A DNA stretch of 64,000 nt from Minisyncoccota bacterium (GTDB lineage Bacteria > Patescibacteriota > Minisyncoccia > Phycocordibacterales > VMEP01), in NCBI GenBank assembly GCA_041661305.1, contig JBAZUR010000001.1, positions 99,833 through 163,832 of the forward strand, read 5' to 3'. The stretch's first letter is position 1, and every line of letters begins with the position of its first letter. Of this stretch, positions 19,101 through 28,062 are shown in pieces. A program made the translations under genes and the position numbers. The notes beneath the pieces were generated by a model. It had not been told where the DNA came from, searched no databases, and saw only the letters and a program-made list of their open reading frames with translations.

Positions 19101-19621
19101 AAAAGGGGGCAAATGATATTTTTAAAATGGTAGACTTTACGAAACCGAAGCATTCAGCAATTCATATGCCACGAAAAACAATAAAAAATGCCGGCGACCA
19201 AGATTTTAAGCCGGACTTAACTCCGAAGGAAATGCTTGAGCTCGGTGTATTTGGCGGATTATATTTTTCTGATAAACCTAAAGAGTTTCCAAGGAGTTGG
19301 TTTGTGAAAGCAAAATTGTCGCCTGATGGAAAACGCCACAAAGAACTGAACTTTTTCGGCATAAATGCGAGCCAACCGCTTTCTGTGTGGAAAACTAAAG
19401 GGTGGATTCATCCACAAGATCCGCGTGGATGGTTTCAGTGGTACTGCAGATATTACATTGGGCGTCGGACTGTTGATGATGAGCGACAAATAAAAAGGTG
19501 GAGAGCCATACGCAGGCACATTGTGCAAATTAAAAACAATTGCCGAACCGGAGATATTTTTTGCCGACCTCGGCAAAGACAAGCATTGCTTCACTGGGCT
19601 TACGACTCGCGGAAAATGTAA
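19076..19621 (+). CDS. Hypothetical basic protein (true start possibly ATG at 19127)
   Basis: 181 aa ORF overlapping the end of the nuclease gene; Trp/Arg-rich C-terminus. Confidence 0.4.
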   Translation: MESLKISLEKGANDIFKMVDFTKPKHSAIHMPRKTIKNAGDQDFKPDLTPKEMLELGVFGGLYFSDKPKEFPRSWFVKAKLSPDGKRHKELNFFGINASQPLSVWKTKGWIHPQDPRGWFQWYCRYYIGRRTVDDERQIKRWRAIRRHIVQIKNNCRTGDIFCRPRQRQALLHWAYDSRKM

Positions 19622-19655
19622 TAAAGATTCTCCCGAGATAGATTTTTTGCGGGCA

Positions 19656-19712
19656 CCAAAATGATATAATACAAAAATGGAAAAGGTACCATACACAAAT
19701 TTAGCCATCTTT
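19656..19712 (+). repeat. Direct repeat copy 2: TGATATAAT promoter plus start of an intact small membrane-protein gene
   Basis: Matches 17495-17551. Confidence 0.8.
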
Positions 19713-19829
19713 GCCCTTTTCTTTGGTGTTGCTCTTCTAGAAGCAATTCAAAGAAGTAATTGGATTGAAGCAGGCCTTTTTCTCGCCCTAGGTCTTTTAT
19801 TCCTCCGCGCAGATTTTTTAAAGAAATAA
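19677..19829 (+). CDS. Small hydrophobic membrane protein (50 aa), intact copy of the ORF truncated at 17516
   Basis: MEKVPYTNLAIFALFFGVALL...; stop overlaps next start (TAATG). Confidence 0.5.
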   Translation: MEKVPYTNLAIFALFFGVALLEAIQRSNWIEAGLFLALGLLFLRADFLKK

Positions 19830-20425
19830 TGAATATGAAAAATTTTTATACAATCATCCCAATTTTAATCGCTTTGTCTGTCGGGGTTTATTTCTCGCTT
19901 ACAGTTGATGAAAAGAAAGTGACAAATAATAACAACACGTATCCAAATTATTCAAACGAAGTGCTTGGTATCGAATTTGCCTATCGCGCAGGACCAGACG
20001 GATATGTGATACAAGAACACTTTGTATCGAAGTCAGCTGAAGATTTGCTTGGCACGATTGTACTCATGAGGACTGAAGACGCCGAGAGACCAATGCCTGT
20101 CGGTGGTGAGGGTCCAGCAACTATCACTATTCAAGTGCTTAAGAATTCAAAGAAACAACAGTCAGAGGCGTGGGCAAATGCGAATAACATATACAGCAAT
20201 ATCAATCTTAAAACAGGCGAGGTGAGTGAGTATGTTCTCGGTGGAGCAAACGCAATTAGATATTCTGCTACTGGTCTTTATGAATCAGACAATGTGGTGG
20301 TGGCTCACGGCGAGAACGTATATGTGCTCAGCGGAAACTATATGGACGCTGAATCAGATTTGCGAAAAGATTTTACTCCACTTCTTGAATCAGTCAGATT
20401 CATCCCGCAACCAAGACAAAATTAA
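19829..20425 (+). CDS. Hypothetical membrane-anchored protein
   Basis: N-terminal TM; 198 aa. Confidence 0.5.
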   Translation: MNMKNFYTIIPILIALSVGVYFSLTVDEKKVTNNNNTYPNYSNEVLGIEFAYRAGPDGYVIQEHFVSKSAEDLLGTIVLMRTEDAERPMPVGGEGPATITIQVLKNSKKQQSEAWANANNIYSNINLKTGEVSEYVLGGANAIRYSATGLYESDNVVVAHGENVYVLSGNYMDAESDLRKDFTPLLESVRFIPQPRQN

Positions 20426-20585
20426 GGATGAAAAGACAATGTGCAAAAAATGCACACTGTGAATCGAAGGCAAAACATATGGTGGCGTTAGTAACACAGA
20501 TGCTGAAGTAGTTGTTATAAAGAGACGAGAGGGGCTTGTGGAACGAGCCGTTAATATTTTAATCACAACTTGATATAATCTTTTT

Positions 20586-20903
20586 ATGAAAAAACCATTC
20601 CTATACGCATTCTCCGCCGCACTATATATTGTTTCTCTTATTTCCGTTATATATCTTGCCTCTCGTTTTTTGAAAGATGTGCCTGAAACTATAATTATTC
20701 CGATGACTATGCTGAGTATTTTTGTTTTGTCAGCTGCGGTTATGGGGTTCTTGTTTTTATCTGAGCCGTTATCTCTACTAGTTGAAGGCAAGAAGAGAGA
20801 AGCTATTATCTACTTTGCTAAGATTGTCGGATTTTTTGCTTGTTTCGTGATTATTTTTGCAACGATTCTTATCACCGGCCAAACTTTTCTCCCGTCATTT
20901 TAG
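20586..20903 (+). CDS. Small integral membrane protein
   Basis: Three predicted TM helices; GATATAAT -10 upstream. Confidence 0.5.
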   Translation: MKKPFLYAFSAALYIVSLISVIYLASRFLKDVPETIIIPMTMLSIFVLSAAVMGFLFLSEPLSLLVEGKKREAIIYFAKIVGFFACFVIIFATILITGQTFLPSF

Positions 20904-20927
20904 CTTCATATAAATCAACTTATTTTC

Positions 20928-21443
20928 GTGCGATATTTTCTTAAAAATTTTAGGAAGGTCTACAATGCGGACAATCCATTCGGGGCTTTTCCTTTGTGGG
21001 AATATTACCCAAAAACAGGCACACATGTAGGCACAGATTTTAAAATTGCAGTTGGTACGCCAATATTTGCTCCGGCGAACGGTGAGATGTTTAAAGTTTG
21101 GTTTGATAAATATAAAGGAAATGTTGGTGTGTATATATTTGATTATCGAAAAACTACTTGGGGCCTTGAGCTGTGTCATCTAAAAGAATTGCCCGCTGTG
21201 GGAAAATTCAAAGAAGGAGAGATAATTGCTTATTCCGGCAACACCGGCGCATCCACAACCGGCGCTCATCTTCATGCGGTGCTTCATCGTGGTGCCGAGG
21301 TCGCAGAGAATTATCAAGAATTACAAAGTCGGGAAGATTTTCTGCGACTAGAAAAAGAGGGAGCAATTGTTGATTGTTTTCAGTGGTTTTGCTCAAAAAT
21401 GAAAAGAAAAACAAAACGAGAGAAGAAAAGCAAAGCTCTTTGA
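20928..21443 (+). CDS. M23 family (LytM-like) metallopeptidase
   Basis: HVGTDF...GNTGASTTGAHLH motifs. Confidence 0.7.
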   Translation: MRYFLKNFRKVYNADNPFGAFPLWEYYPKTGTHVGTDFKIAVGTPIFAPANGEMFKVWFDKYKGNVGVYIFDYRKTTWGLELCHLKELPAVGKFKEGEIIAYSGNTGASTTGAHLHAVLHRGAEVAENYQELQSREDFLRLEKEGAIVDCFQWFCSKMKRKTKREKKSKAL

Positions 21444-21476
21444 ACCCAGTAAAAAAGGTGCTACAATCGGACGACT

Positions 21477-21593
21477 ATGCCACAAGTAAAAGGATTTCAT
21501 ATAAATAGGGGAAAGTCTCGCTCTAAAAAGACAAAGAAGCGCCTTGCTATAAAGAAGGAAATGCTCGCAAGTCGCAAAACGAAAAAGAAGTAG
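21477..21593 (+). CDS. Very small Lys-rich basic peptide (38 aa), unannotated micro-gene
   Basis: Extended -10 TGCTACAAT upstream; terminator AAGCTCATT..AATGAGCTTTTT downstream. Confidence 0.4.
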   Translation: MPQVKGFHINRGKSRSKKTKKRLAIKKEMLASRKTKKK

Positions 21594-21625
21594 TTTTAGT
21601 TTTAGAAGCCAATACTCGACTCGTC

Positions 21626-21657
21626 AAAAAGCTCATTTCAATCGGAATGAGCTTTTT
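21626..21657 (+). terminator. Intrinsic terminator AAGCTCATT-loop-AATGAGCTT + T5
   Basis: 9 bp stem followed by TTTTT. Confidence 0.6.
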
Positions 21658-21769
21658 GAGCGTTGGTGCAGAGGGAATCTTTGTCTAAATGAAAGAAAAT
21701 TGTATATCGCGTTGTACTAACAGTAGAGATATCGCGAATCTCTACTTAATAAAAAATAATAAAAATAAC

Positions 21770-22147
21770 ATGGAAAAAAGAACATTAAAATTAGGCGCAT
21801 TGGCACTCTTGCTTGGGGCTATGGGGGCACTTACTGGTACAGCTTTTGCATACCAAGGAGATCCGTCAGTTAGAGGCCCAAATTATTCAGCGGAACGTCA
21901 CGCTTCAATGGAGAAGGCGTTTGAGAGCAAAGATTATACAGCTTGGAAAAATCTTATGCCCGGAAGAGGCAGAGTAATGCAAGTTGTTAATAAAGATAAC
22001 TTTGCAAAATTTGCCGAAGCGCACGAATTGGCAGAACAAGGTAAATTTACTGAAGCACAGAAGATTCGACAAGAGATGGGATTAGGACTCCATGATGGTT
22101 TGGGGAAGAAAGTTGGCGGAATGGGGAGGGGTATGATGGGCAGATAA
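21770..22147 (+). CDS. Secreted hypothetical protein (signal peptide; start possibly earlier at 21689)
   Basis: MEKRTLKLGALALLLGAMGALTGTAFA signal peptide. Confidence 0.5.
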   Translation: MEKRTLKLGALALLLGAMGALTGTAFAYQGDPSVRGPNYSAERHASMEKAFESKDYTAWKNLMPGRGRVMQVVNKDNFAKFAEAHELAEQGKFTEAQKIRQEMGLGLHDGLGKKVGGMGRGMMGR

Positions 22148-22162
22148 ACGGTAATGTTTTTA

Positions 22163-22200
22163 CACAGCAAACTCCAGCCACAAAACTGGAGTTTGCTGTG
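22163..22200 (+). promoter_or_regulatory. Perfect 15 bp inverted repeat with 8 nt loop, 20 nt upstream of ECF sigma start
   Basis: CACAGCAAACTCCAG-CCACAAAA-CTGGAGTTTGCTGTG; no U-tract after it. Confidence 0.6.
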
Positions 22201-22220
22201 TAATTGGTATACTCAAACTA

Positions 22221-22768
22221 TGAACGAGGAAAGGAATAAAAAACTATCTGACGAGGAAATTATTGGAAAAGTTCGTTCTAGCGATCAGGAGCTTTACGCC
22301 ATAATCGTTGAACGATATCAGAGCAAGCTCTTTCGTTATGCCAATAATTTAATTAAAGATGAGCACAAATCAGCTGATGTAGTTCAGGAGTCTTTCATTA
22401 AAGCTTTCGTGAATTTGAATAGTTTTGATACAAAAAAGAAATTTTCTAGTTGGATATATCGAATTGTTCACAACGAAGCAATGAATGTTCTAAAGAAAAA
22501 CAAGAAAGAGATATCAATTCCAGATGATATGGATTTTCAGAGTGACGAAGATATTGAAGATGATTTTATAAAAAAAGAGGTTGTCGCAAAGGTCGAGAAA
22601 TGTTTAGGAGAGATGCCAATGCTTTATTCTGAGCCATTGATATTACGCTTCATTGAGGAAAAATCTTATGAGGAAATCAGTGATATATTAAGAATACCAA
22701 TGGGGACGGTCGCAACGCGCATAAGTAGGGCAAAAATATTAATGAAACATCTATGTCAAAAGAACTAA
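22221..22768 (+). CDS. ECF-type RNA polymerase sigma-70 factor
   Basis: Region 2 (ELYAIIVERYQSKLFRYA) and region 4 (SYEEISDILRIPMGTVATRISRA). Confidence 0.8.
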
Positions 22769-23268
22769 AAAATATTAAAGAGTCTGTCATGGGCAAAATT
22801 CATCAGGGCAAGGTGAAGATGCGCCCGAGGATATATTTTGTCATGGGTTCAGTCCTCACTTTTGTGGGACTGGTTTCTTCTGTATTGATTTCTGTTTTTC
22901 TTATTGGATTGATGCGTTTTTCTTTGAGGGCTCACGGACCAATGGGGGAATATCGAGCAGAACAATTACTGACGAGTTTTCCATGGTGGTCGCCAGCTGT
23001 CGCAATTTTGGGACTAGTGGTTGGAATATGGCTACTTCGCCAATATGATTTTTCTTATAAGTTGGACTACAAAATTATAGTTGTTGTTTTTGTGGCTGTT
23101 GTGTTTTCGGCGGGGTGGGTTCTTGATATGACCGGATTGAATGAGGCTTTAACTAGAAGAGGGCCAATGCAAGGAATGATGAGGCAATACCTGGAAGAAA
23201 ATAATATTCAACCAGAGTTCGGTGCCGGCTGGAGAGGTCCGCGAGGTTTAAGGACGATTATTGAATAA
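22753..23268 (+). CDS. Putative anti-sigma factor / membrane protein co-transcribed with the ECF sigma
   Basis: Overlaps the sigma gene 3' end; multiple TM helices. Confidence 0.5.
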   Translation: MSKELKNIKESVMGKIHQGKVKMRPRIYFVMGSVLTFVGLVSSVLISVFLIGLMRFSLRAHGPMGEYRAEQLLTSFPWWSPAVAILGLVVGIWLLRQYDFSYKLDYKIIVVVFVAVVFSAGWVLDMTGLNEALTRRGPMQGMMRQYLEENNIQPEFGAGWRGPRGLRTIIE

Positions 23269-23308
23269 TTCTTGTTTAATTCGGCTGGCGAATTTATAAT
23301 AAAAGAAT

Positions 23309-23857
23309 ATGAATATCTATAGAAACGTAATTATTTTTATTTTAATTCTCGGAGTTATTGGTGCCGGATATTATTTTATTAACAATAAAAGTAGCGAAGA
23401 ATATATTCCACAAGAGATTGTGAATGAGGTTGTGAACGAAACTGAGGAACTTGTAGGTTCTCGAGATGGGACTCATTTTGGTTTTATCCACGGCGTTGAT
23501 GTGGAAAAAGGAGAAATTAAATTTGATAAAACTGTTTGGCTTTCTGGTGTCGAAGGAGAGGAGGCGGCAATTAAAGCAGGCCACTGTACAGAAGAAACAC
23601 GTATTGATTGTCTTCCAAATGATTATTTTATTTCAAACTCTTTGGAAAAAGATGAGGTTCTTTCGGTTGATCCGAGTGTGGTTCTTTTTATGAAGACTTG
23701 GGAAGTTGGAAATTTAGGAATACTAGACCGTGAAATTGGATTTTCTGATTTTGCCAAGCTCGTTTCTGACAAGAGTGCTCAGTGGGATAAGGTGCCGTAT
23801 AATGTCACAATTGAAAACGGAAAAGTGATACACATAGAAGAAGTTTATGTTCCATAG
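23309..23857 (+). CDS. Hypothetical membrane-anchored protein
   Basis: N-terminal TM; 182 aa. Confidence 0.45.
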   Translation: MNIYRNVIIFILILGVIGAGYYFINNKSSEEYIPQEIVNEVVNETEELVGSRDGTHFGFIHGVDVEKGEIKFDKTVWLSGVEGEEAAIKAGHCTEETRIDCLPNDYFISNSLEKDEVLSVDPSVVLFMKTWEVGNLGILDREIGFSDFAKLVSDKSAQWDKVPYNVTIENGKVIHIEEVYVP

Positions 23858-23874
23858 ATTTAAAAAAATGATTA

Positions 23875-24804
23875 ATGATTAACAGTTTATTTATTTTTGC
23901 CGCTTCGCTTTTTATGGTTATAAAAGGCGCGACGATGACAACGCGATACGCTGGACGCTTGGCGGAGAGTTTTCACCTTTCAAAATATACGGTCGGCTTT
24001 ATTATTGTGGCAATTATCTCTATTCTTCCGGAGACATTTATTGCAATAAACTCAGCAATTAAAGGTGTTCCGGCGTTCGGATTCGGCACGCTACTTGGCT
24101 CTAATGTCGCTGATTTGTCTTTGGTTTTTGCGGTGGTTGTGTTTTTGGCAAGACGAAAAATAGTGGTGGAGAGTAAGATTTTAAAAAATAACATTGTTTA
24201 CCCGCTGATACTTCTTTTGCCGATTGTCCTTGGTTTGAATGGACATTTTTCTAGAATGGAAGGCTTGGCCCTTATTATTGCCGGAGGAGTTTTTTATTAT
24301 CTCGCGCTCAGGGACGGTCGTGATGGCGAGAGTACTTTGACAGGACACAATGGTCAGGTAAAAAGTTTTTTTATGCTGTTGTTTGGTATGACAGTACTGC
24401 TCGTCGGCGCATACTTTGTTGTCGCCTCGGCTGTGGGTTTGGCAAATTATCTTGGAGTGAACCCGATTCTTATTGGTATGCTTGTCGTCGGACTTGGTAC
24501 AACTATGCCAGAATTATTTTTTGCTTTGCATTCGGTTAAGAAACAAGATGACTCTCTTGCTATCGGCGACATCCTAGGGACTGTTCTTGCCGACGCGACT
24601 ATCGTAGTTGGAATCCTCGCGCTCATTAGTCCATTCACATTTCCACTTCAGATTATTTACATCACCGGTGTGTTTATGGTGGTGGCCTCGTTTGTCTTAT
24701 TTTATTTTATGAAGACAGGAGAGACTCTCACAAAAAAAGAAGCGCACGCGCTCCTTTTGTTCTGGATAATTTTTGTTCTAGTAGAATTTCTTTTTAGCAA
24801 GTAA
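23875..24804 (+). CDS. Na+/Ca2+ exchanger (CaCA family, YrbG-like)
   Basis: Alpha-repeat motifs GTLLGSNVADL and GTTMPELF; 309 aa, about 10 TM. Confidence 0.75.
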   Translation: MINSLFIFAASLFMVIKGATMTTRYAGRLAESFHLSKYTVGFIIVAIISILPETFIAINSAIKGVPAFGFGTLLGSNVADLSLVFAVVVFLARRKIVVESKILKNNIVYPLILLLPIVLGLNGHFSRMEGLALIIAGGVFYYLALRDGRDGESTLTGHNGQVKSFFMLLFGMTVLLVGAYFVVASAVGLANYLGVNPILIGMLVVGLGTTMPELFFALHSVKKQDDSLAIGDILGTVLADATIVVGILALISPFTFPLQIIYITGVFMVVASFVLFYFMKTGETLTKKEAHALLLFWIIFVLVEFLFSK

Positions 24805-24810
24805 GAGTAC

Positions 24811-25395
24811 TTACTCTAAAATTTTTTGCAAAAGTTTTCCGCTATTTTTTGTTGTGAGTGTTGAGTACGGGAAAATGTTTTCTTCACGAGACGACTGTGC
24901 GATTGCGCGCATTTGTGCCACTGTTTCTTTTTGGTTTAATTTGTCTATTTTGTTGGCGACAATGAGGTAAGGGTAGTTTTTTTCTCGGAGAACTCGAATC
25001 ATCTCTTCGTCGAAAGCGGTGAAGCCAGCTTTAACGTCGAGAATGAGCACTACTTTGTGCAGGGTTGTGTTTGAATACATTAGATACCACAGAATAAGTT
25101 TCTCGATTTTTTCCTTCTCTTTTGGTGACGCCTTGGCGTAGCCATAGCCTGGCAAATCGACAAAATAGCACTTTCTGTTGTTGATAGAAAAGAAGTTTAT
25201 TTCGGTAGTTTTTCCCGGTGTCTTGCCGACCTTCACGAGATTTTTCTTATTTACGAGTGAATTTATGAGACTTGATTTACCAACATTGGAACGTCCAACA
25301 AAGGCGATTTGAGGCACGCCATCTTCGAGGATGTCATTAGTCCCAACTATTCCCCGTACAAATTCTGCGGAGTTAATTTTGTTGATAATAGTCAT
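24811..25395 (-). CDS. engB: Ribosome biogenesis GTP-binding protein EngB/YsxC
   Basis: G1 GRSNVGKSS, G3 DLPGYG, G4 NKID. Confidence 0.85.
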   Translation of the reverse strand: MTIINKINSAEFVRGIVGTNDILEDGVPQIAFVGRSNVGKSSLINSLVNKKNLVKVGKTPGKTTEINFFSINNRKCYFVDLPGYGYAKASPKEKEKIEKLILWYLMYSNTTLHKVVLILDVKAGFTAFDEEMIRVLREKNYPYLIVANKIDKLNQKETVAQMRAIAQSSREENIFPYSTLTTKNSGKLLQKILE

Positions 25396-25524
25396 ATGTT
25401 TAGAACACTACATGAACTGCTAATTTTTTGCTAACTGATTATTTGAAAAAAATGTGGACGATAGTCGCTTATGCACTGAAAATATACCAATATTTTCAGG
25501 ATTTTGATATAATTAGCATTAAGT

Positions 25525-26679
25525 ATGACTCATCAAGAATCACTAGAAGAAGATAATCTTATCTCTGGAAAAGTCTCCTCTGAAGAAGAAGCACGCGATA
25601 TAACAGAAAGTGGTTCGTACGAAAATATCATAAAAGAGCTTTCTGATAAAAAACTATTGGAAGGGTGTATGGAGCGGACAAAAGAGGAGTTTTACCCGCG
25701 TATTGAAAAGGCACATTTTAGTCCCGCAGAAAAAGATTGGGAGATGCTCACCGTTATGCGTTTGTTTCACTTAGATACGGCTGAACACTGTATTCGTACT
25801 TTGGAAATTCTCTCGCACAAAATTCACGAAACACTTATTCGACCAGATGGTTCGGCTGTAAATCTCGACGCAAATATTATTGCGGAAAATATTCAGATTG
25901 AAGAATTTTTGCGTGCGGCCTTGCTTCACGATATCGGCAAAATTGTGATACCTCGTTCAATTCTCGACAACCCACTTTCAAATACAAATTGGTGGGATAT
26001 TTTGAGTTTAGCCGTAAGTACTAAAGGAAAGGAAGCAGATTCAATTCGTGCCCATATTTCGGCGCTGTCAGGTGTTCCTTTTAGTCTCAATACATATAAA
26101 AGTGATCTTAATGCAAAAGAAGTGCGACCAATGCAAGTTTGCCCAGTCTCGGCAATTCTTTCTGAAGAGGAAGTTCGCGATTTAACCAAGCGAGGTTTTT
26201 CTTCAGAGAATACTATTGCCGAAATAATTATGGCGCACGAGGATGAGTCGCGTCGTATTTTGGAGAGTGCAGGTTTTCCTGTTGAGGCAAAACTTGCTGG
26301 CATGCACCATAATTATGCGCGAGAGAATATTGCAAACGAAAGTTTGTCTGTAGAAGCTCTTCAGGTTGGAGCTGATGTCGTTGGAATTTCTATGGCAGAT
26401 ATTATTCATCTTGCTGATGTAACAGATGCTCTCTTGAGCCCGCGTTCATATAAAAAACAGATGCCATTGCCGAAAGTTCTCGTCATTCTGATTCAACACG
26501 CAAAAAGCGGAAAGGTGAGCAAGGAAATGACATATATGTGGATAAAAAGCGAACTCGCCAAAAGCGACATTTCTAATGACGACAAGACAACATTCGCCGG
26601 TGATCTCGGAATGATTGACGCATTTCTTAGGGGAGAAGAAAGGGAAGTCGAAGGAAGACACATGCTTGAAGCGGCTTAA
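25525..26679 (+). CDS. HD-domain phosphohydrolase family protein
   Basis: AALLHDIGK HD motif; 384 aa. Confidence 0.55.
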   Translation: MTHQESLEEDNLISGKVSSEEEARDITESGSYENIIKELSDKKLLEGCMERTKEEFYPRIEKAHFSPAEKDWEMLTVMRLFHLDTAEHCIRTLEILSHKIHETLIRPDGSAVNLDANIIAENIQIEEFLRAALLHDIGKIVIPRSILDNPLSNTNWWDILSLAVSTKGKEADSIRAHISALSGVPFSLNTYKSDLNAKEVRPMQVCPVSAILSEEEVRDLTKRGFSSENTIAEIIMAHEDESRRILESAGFPVEAKLAGMHHNYARENIANESLSVEALQVGADVVGISMADIIHLADVTDALLSPRSYKKQMPLPKVLVILIQHAKSGKVSKEMTYMWIKSELAKSDISNDDKTTFAGDLGMIDAFLRGEEREVEGRHMLEAA

Positions 26680-26694
26680 AAGCCTATAAATAAA

Positions 26695-27456
26695 ATGAAA
26701 CGAATTGTTGTAAAAATCGGAACGAAGGTTCTTTCTCGGGAGAACGGAACGCTTGATTTAGGGGTTCTTGAACATATTGTTCAACAAATAGTCGAGTTGC
26801 GAAAGAATGGACTACAGGTGGTGCTTGTGACATCAGGGGCCGTTGGCGCTGGGAAGAGCTTGGTTTCACTCGGGGAGATAAAGTCAGAGACTGTACAAAA
26901 ACAAGTTTTTGCTGCTATTGGACAGGTGAAGCTCATGTCGACGTACTCTGAGTTTTTTGCAAAATATAATTATTATTGTGCTCAGGTGTTGGCGACAAAA
27001 GAGGATTTTCGAGATGAGACGCACTATCTCAATATGAAAAATTGTTTTGAAGGTTTGCTTTTAGATAACGTAATTCCGATTGTAAATGAAAACGATGTAG
27101 TCGCGACATCAGAGCTACTTTTTACAGACAACGACGAACTCGCTTCACTTGTGGCGGAGCAACTTGGTGTTGATAGTTTGGTTCTTCTCACTGGAACCAA
27201 TGGTATTTTAGATGAAACAAATAATGCAATTGCAGAAGTCGATTTTTCTAATGTTGACATGGTCGCCAAACTTATCAGTCCAAGTAAGTCGTCGTCTGGG
27301 CGCGGGGGGATGGTTTCAAAATTTGCTATTGCTAAAGAATTGTCTGAAAAAGGAATAGTCGTACATGTTGTAAACGGCAAACAAAAAAATATTTTACTTG
27401 ATGTGGTGCGCGGAGAAAAAATAGGAACCAAGTTTATTCCCAAAATTTTACTTTAA
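26695..27456 (+). CDS. proB: Amino-acid kinase family protein, glutamate 5-kinase (ProB)-like without PUA domain
   Basis: RIVVKIGTKVL...VVLVTSGAVGAG, NENDVVATSELLFTDND. Confidence 0.6.
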   Translation: MKRIVVKIGTKVLSRENGTLDLGVLEHIVQQIVELRKNGLQVVLVTSGAVGAGKSLVSLGEIKSETVQKQVFAAIGQVKLMSTYSEFFAKYNYYCAQVLATKEDFRDETHYLNMKNCFEGLLLDNVIPIVNENDVVATSELLFTDNDELASLVAEQLGVDSLVLLTGTNGILDETNNAIAEVDFSNVDMVAKLISPSKSSSGRGGMVSKFAIAKELSEKGIVVHVVNGKQKNILLDVVRGEKIGTKFIPKILL

Positions 27457-27501
27457 ACAATGTTTGCCGACGTTCGTTGTTCTTGTTTTGTTTGATATGA
27501 T

Positions 27502-27729
27502 TTGAAAATGGAAACTAAATCAATTGAAACTCATCATCGTTCGGCAATAAAATCTATTAGCTACCGTGCTCTTTCCGTTGGAGTTGATTCAACTGTCGCA
27601 TATCTTTTTACTCACAACATCGCTCTTTCGGCGGGAATTGTTTTATTTGTGAACCTGTACAGCACCATGTTGTACTATCTTCATGAAAGAGCGTGGGCTC
27701 GCGTGCGTTGGGGAAGGCAGGACGTTTAG
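27502..27729 (+). CDS. DUF2061 family small membrane protein
   Basis: KSISYRALS...HERAWARVRWG signature. Confidence 0.6.
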   Translation: MKMETKSIETHHRSAIKSISYRALSVGVDSTVAYLFTHNIALSAGIVLFVNLYSTMLYYLHERAWARVRWGRQDV

Positions 27730-27777
27730 TTTTTTAAGACAGCGAGTTTACTGTTTTGGTTTTCGCGATATTAACTA

Positions 27778-28044
27778 ATGGTCAATTTTACCTACATTTT
27801 AAAGTGCGCTGACGATACGTTGTATATTGGCTCGACTAATAATTTAGAAAAAAGGTTGGGAGAGCACAACAACTCAAAGTCTGGGGCTCATTACACAAAA
27901 ATTAGAAGACCAGTGGAACTCGTTTATTCTGAGGCGTTTGAAACACTGAAAGAAGCGCGAGGGAGAGAGGTTGAACTTAAGCGTCTAACAAGGGCAGAAA
28001 AGCTGGGTTTAATAAAAACCAAAAAAACGAGACAAAAATCATAA
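27778..28044 (+). CDS. GIY-YIG nuclease superfamily protein (YhbQ-like)
   Basis: FTYILKCADDTLYIGSTNNLEKRLGEHN. Confidence 0.75.
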   Translation: MVNFTYILKCADDTLYIGSTNNLEKRLGEHNNSKSGAHYTKIRRPVELVYSEAFETLKEARGREVELKRLTRAEKLGLIKTKKTRQKS

Positions 28045-28062
28045 ATCTGCTATCTTTTAGAT

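Noticed and set aside
20390-20791. 133-aa minus ORF overlapping the membrane-protein gene 20586-20903
   Set aside because: Antisense to a better-supported TM protein with a GATATAAT promoter; likely spurious.
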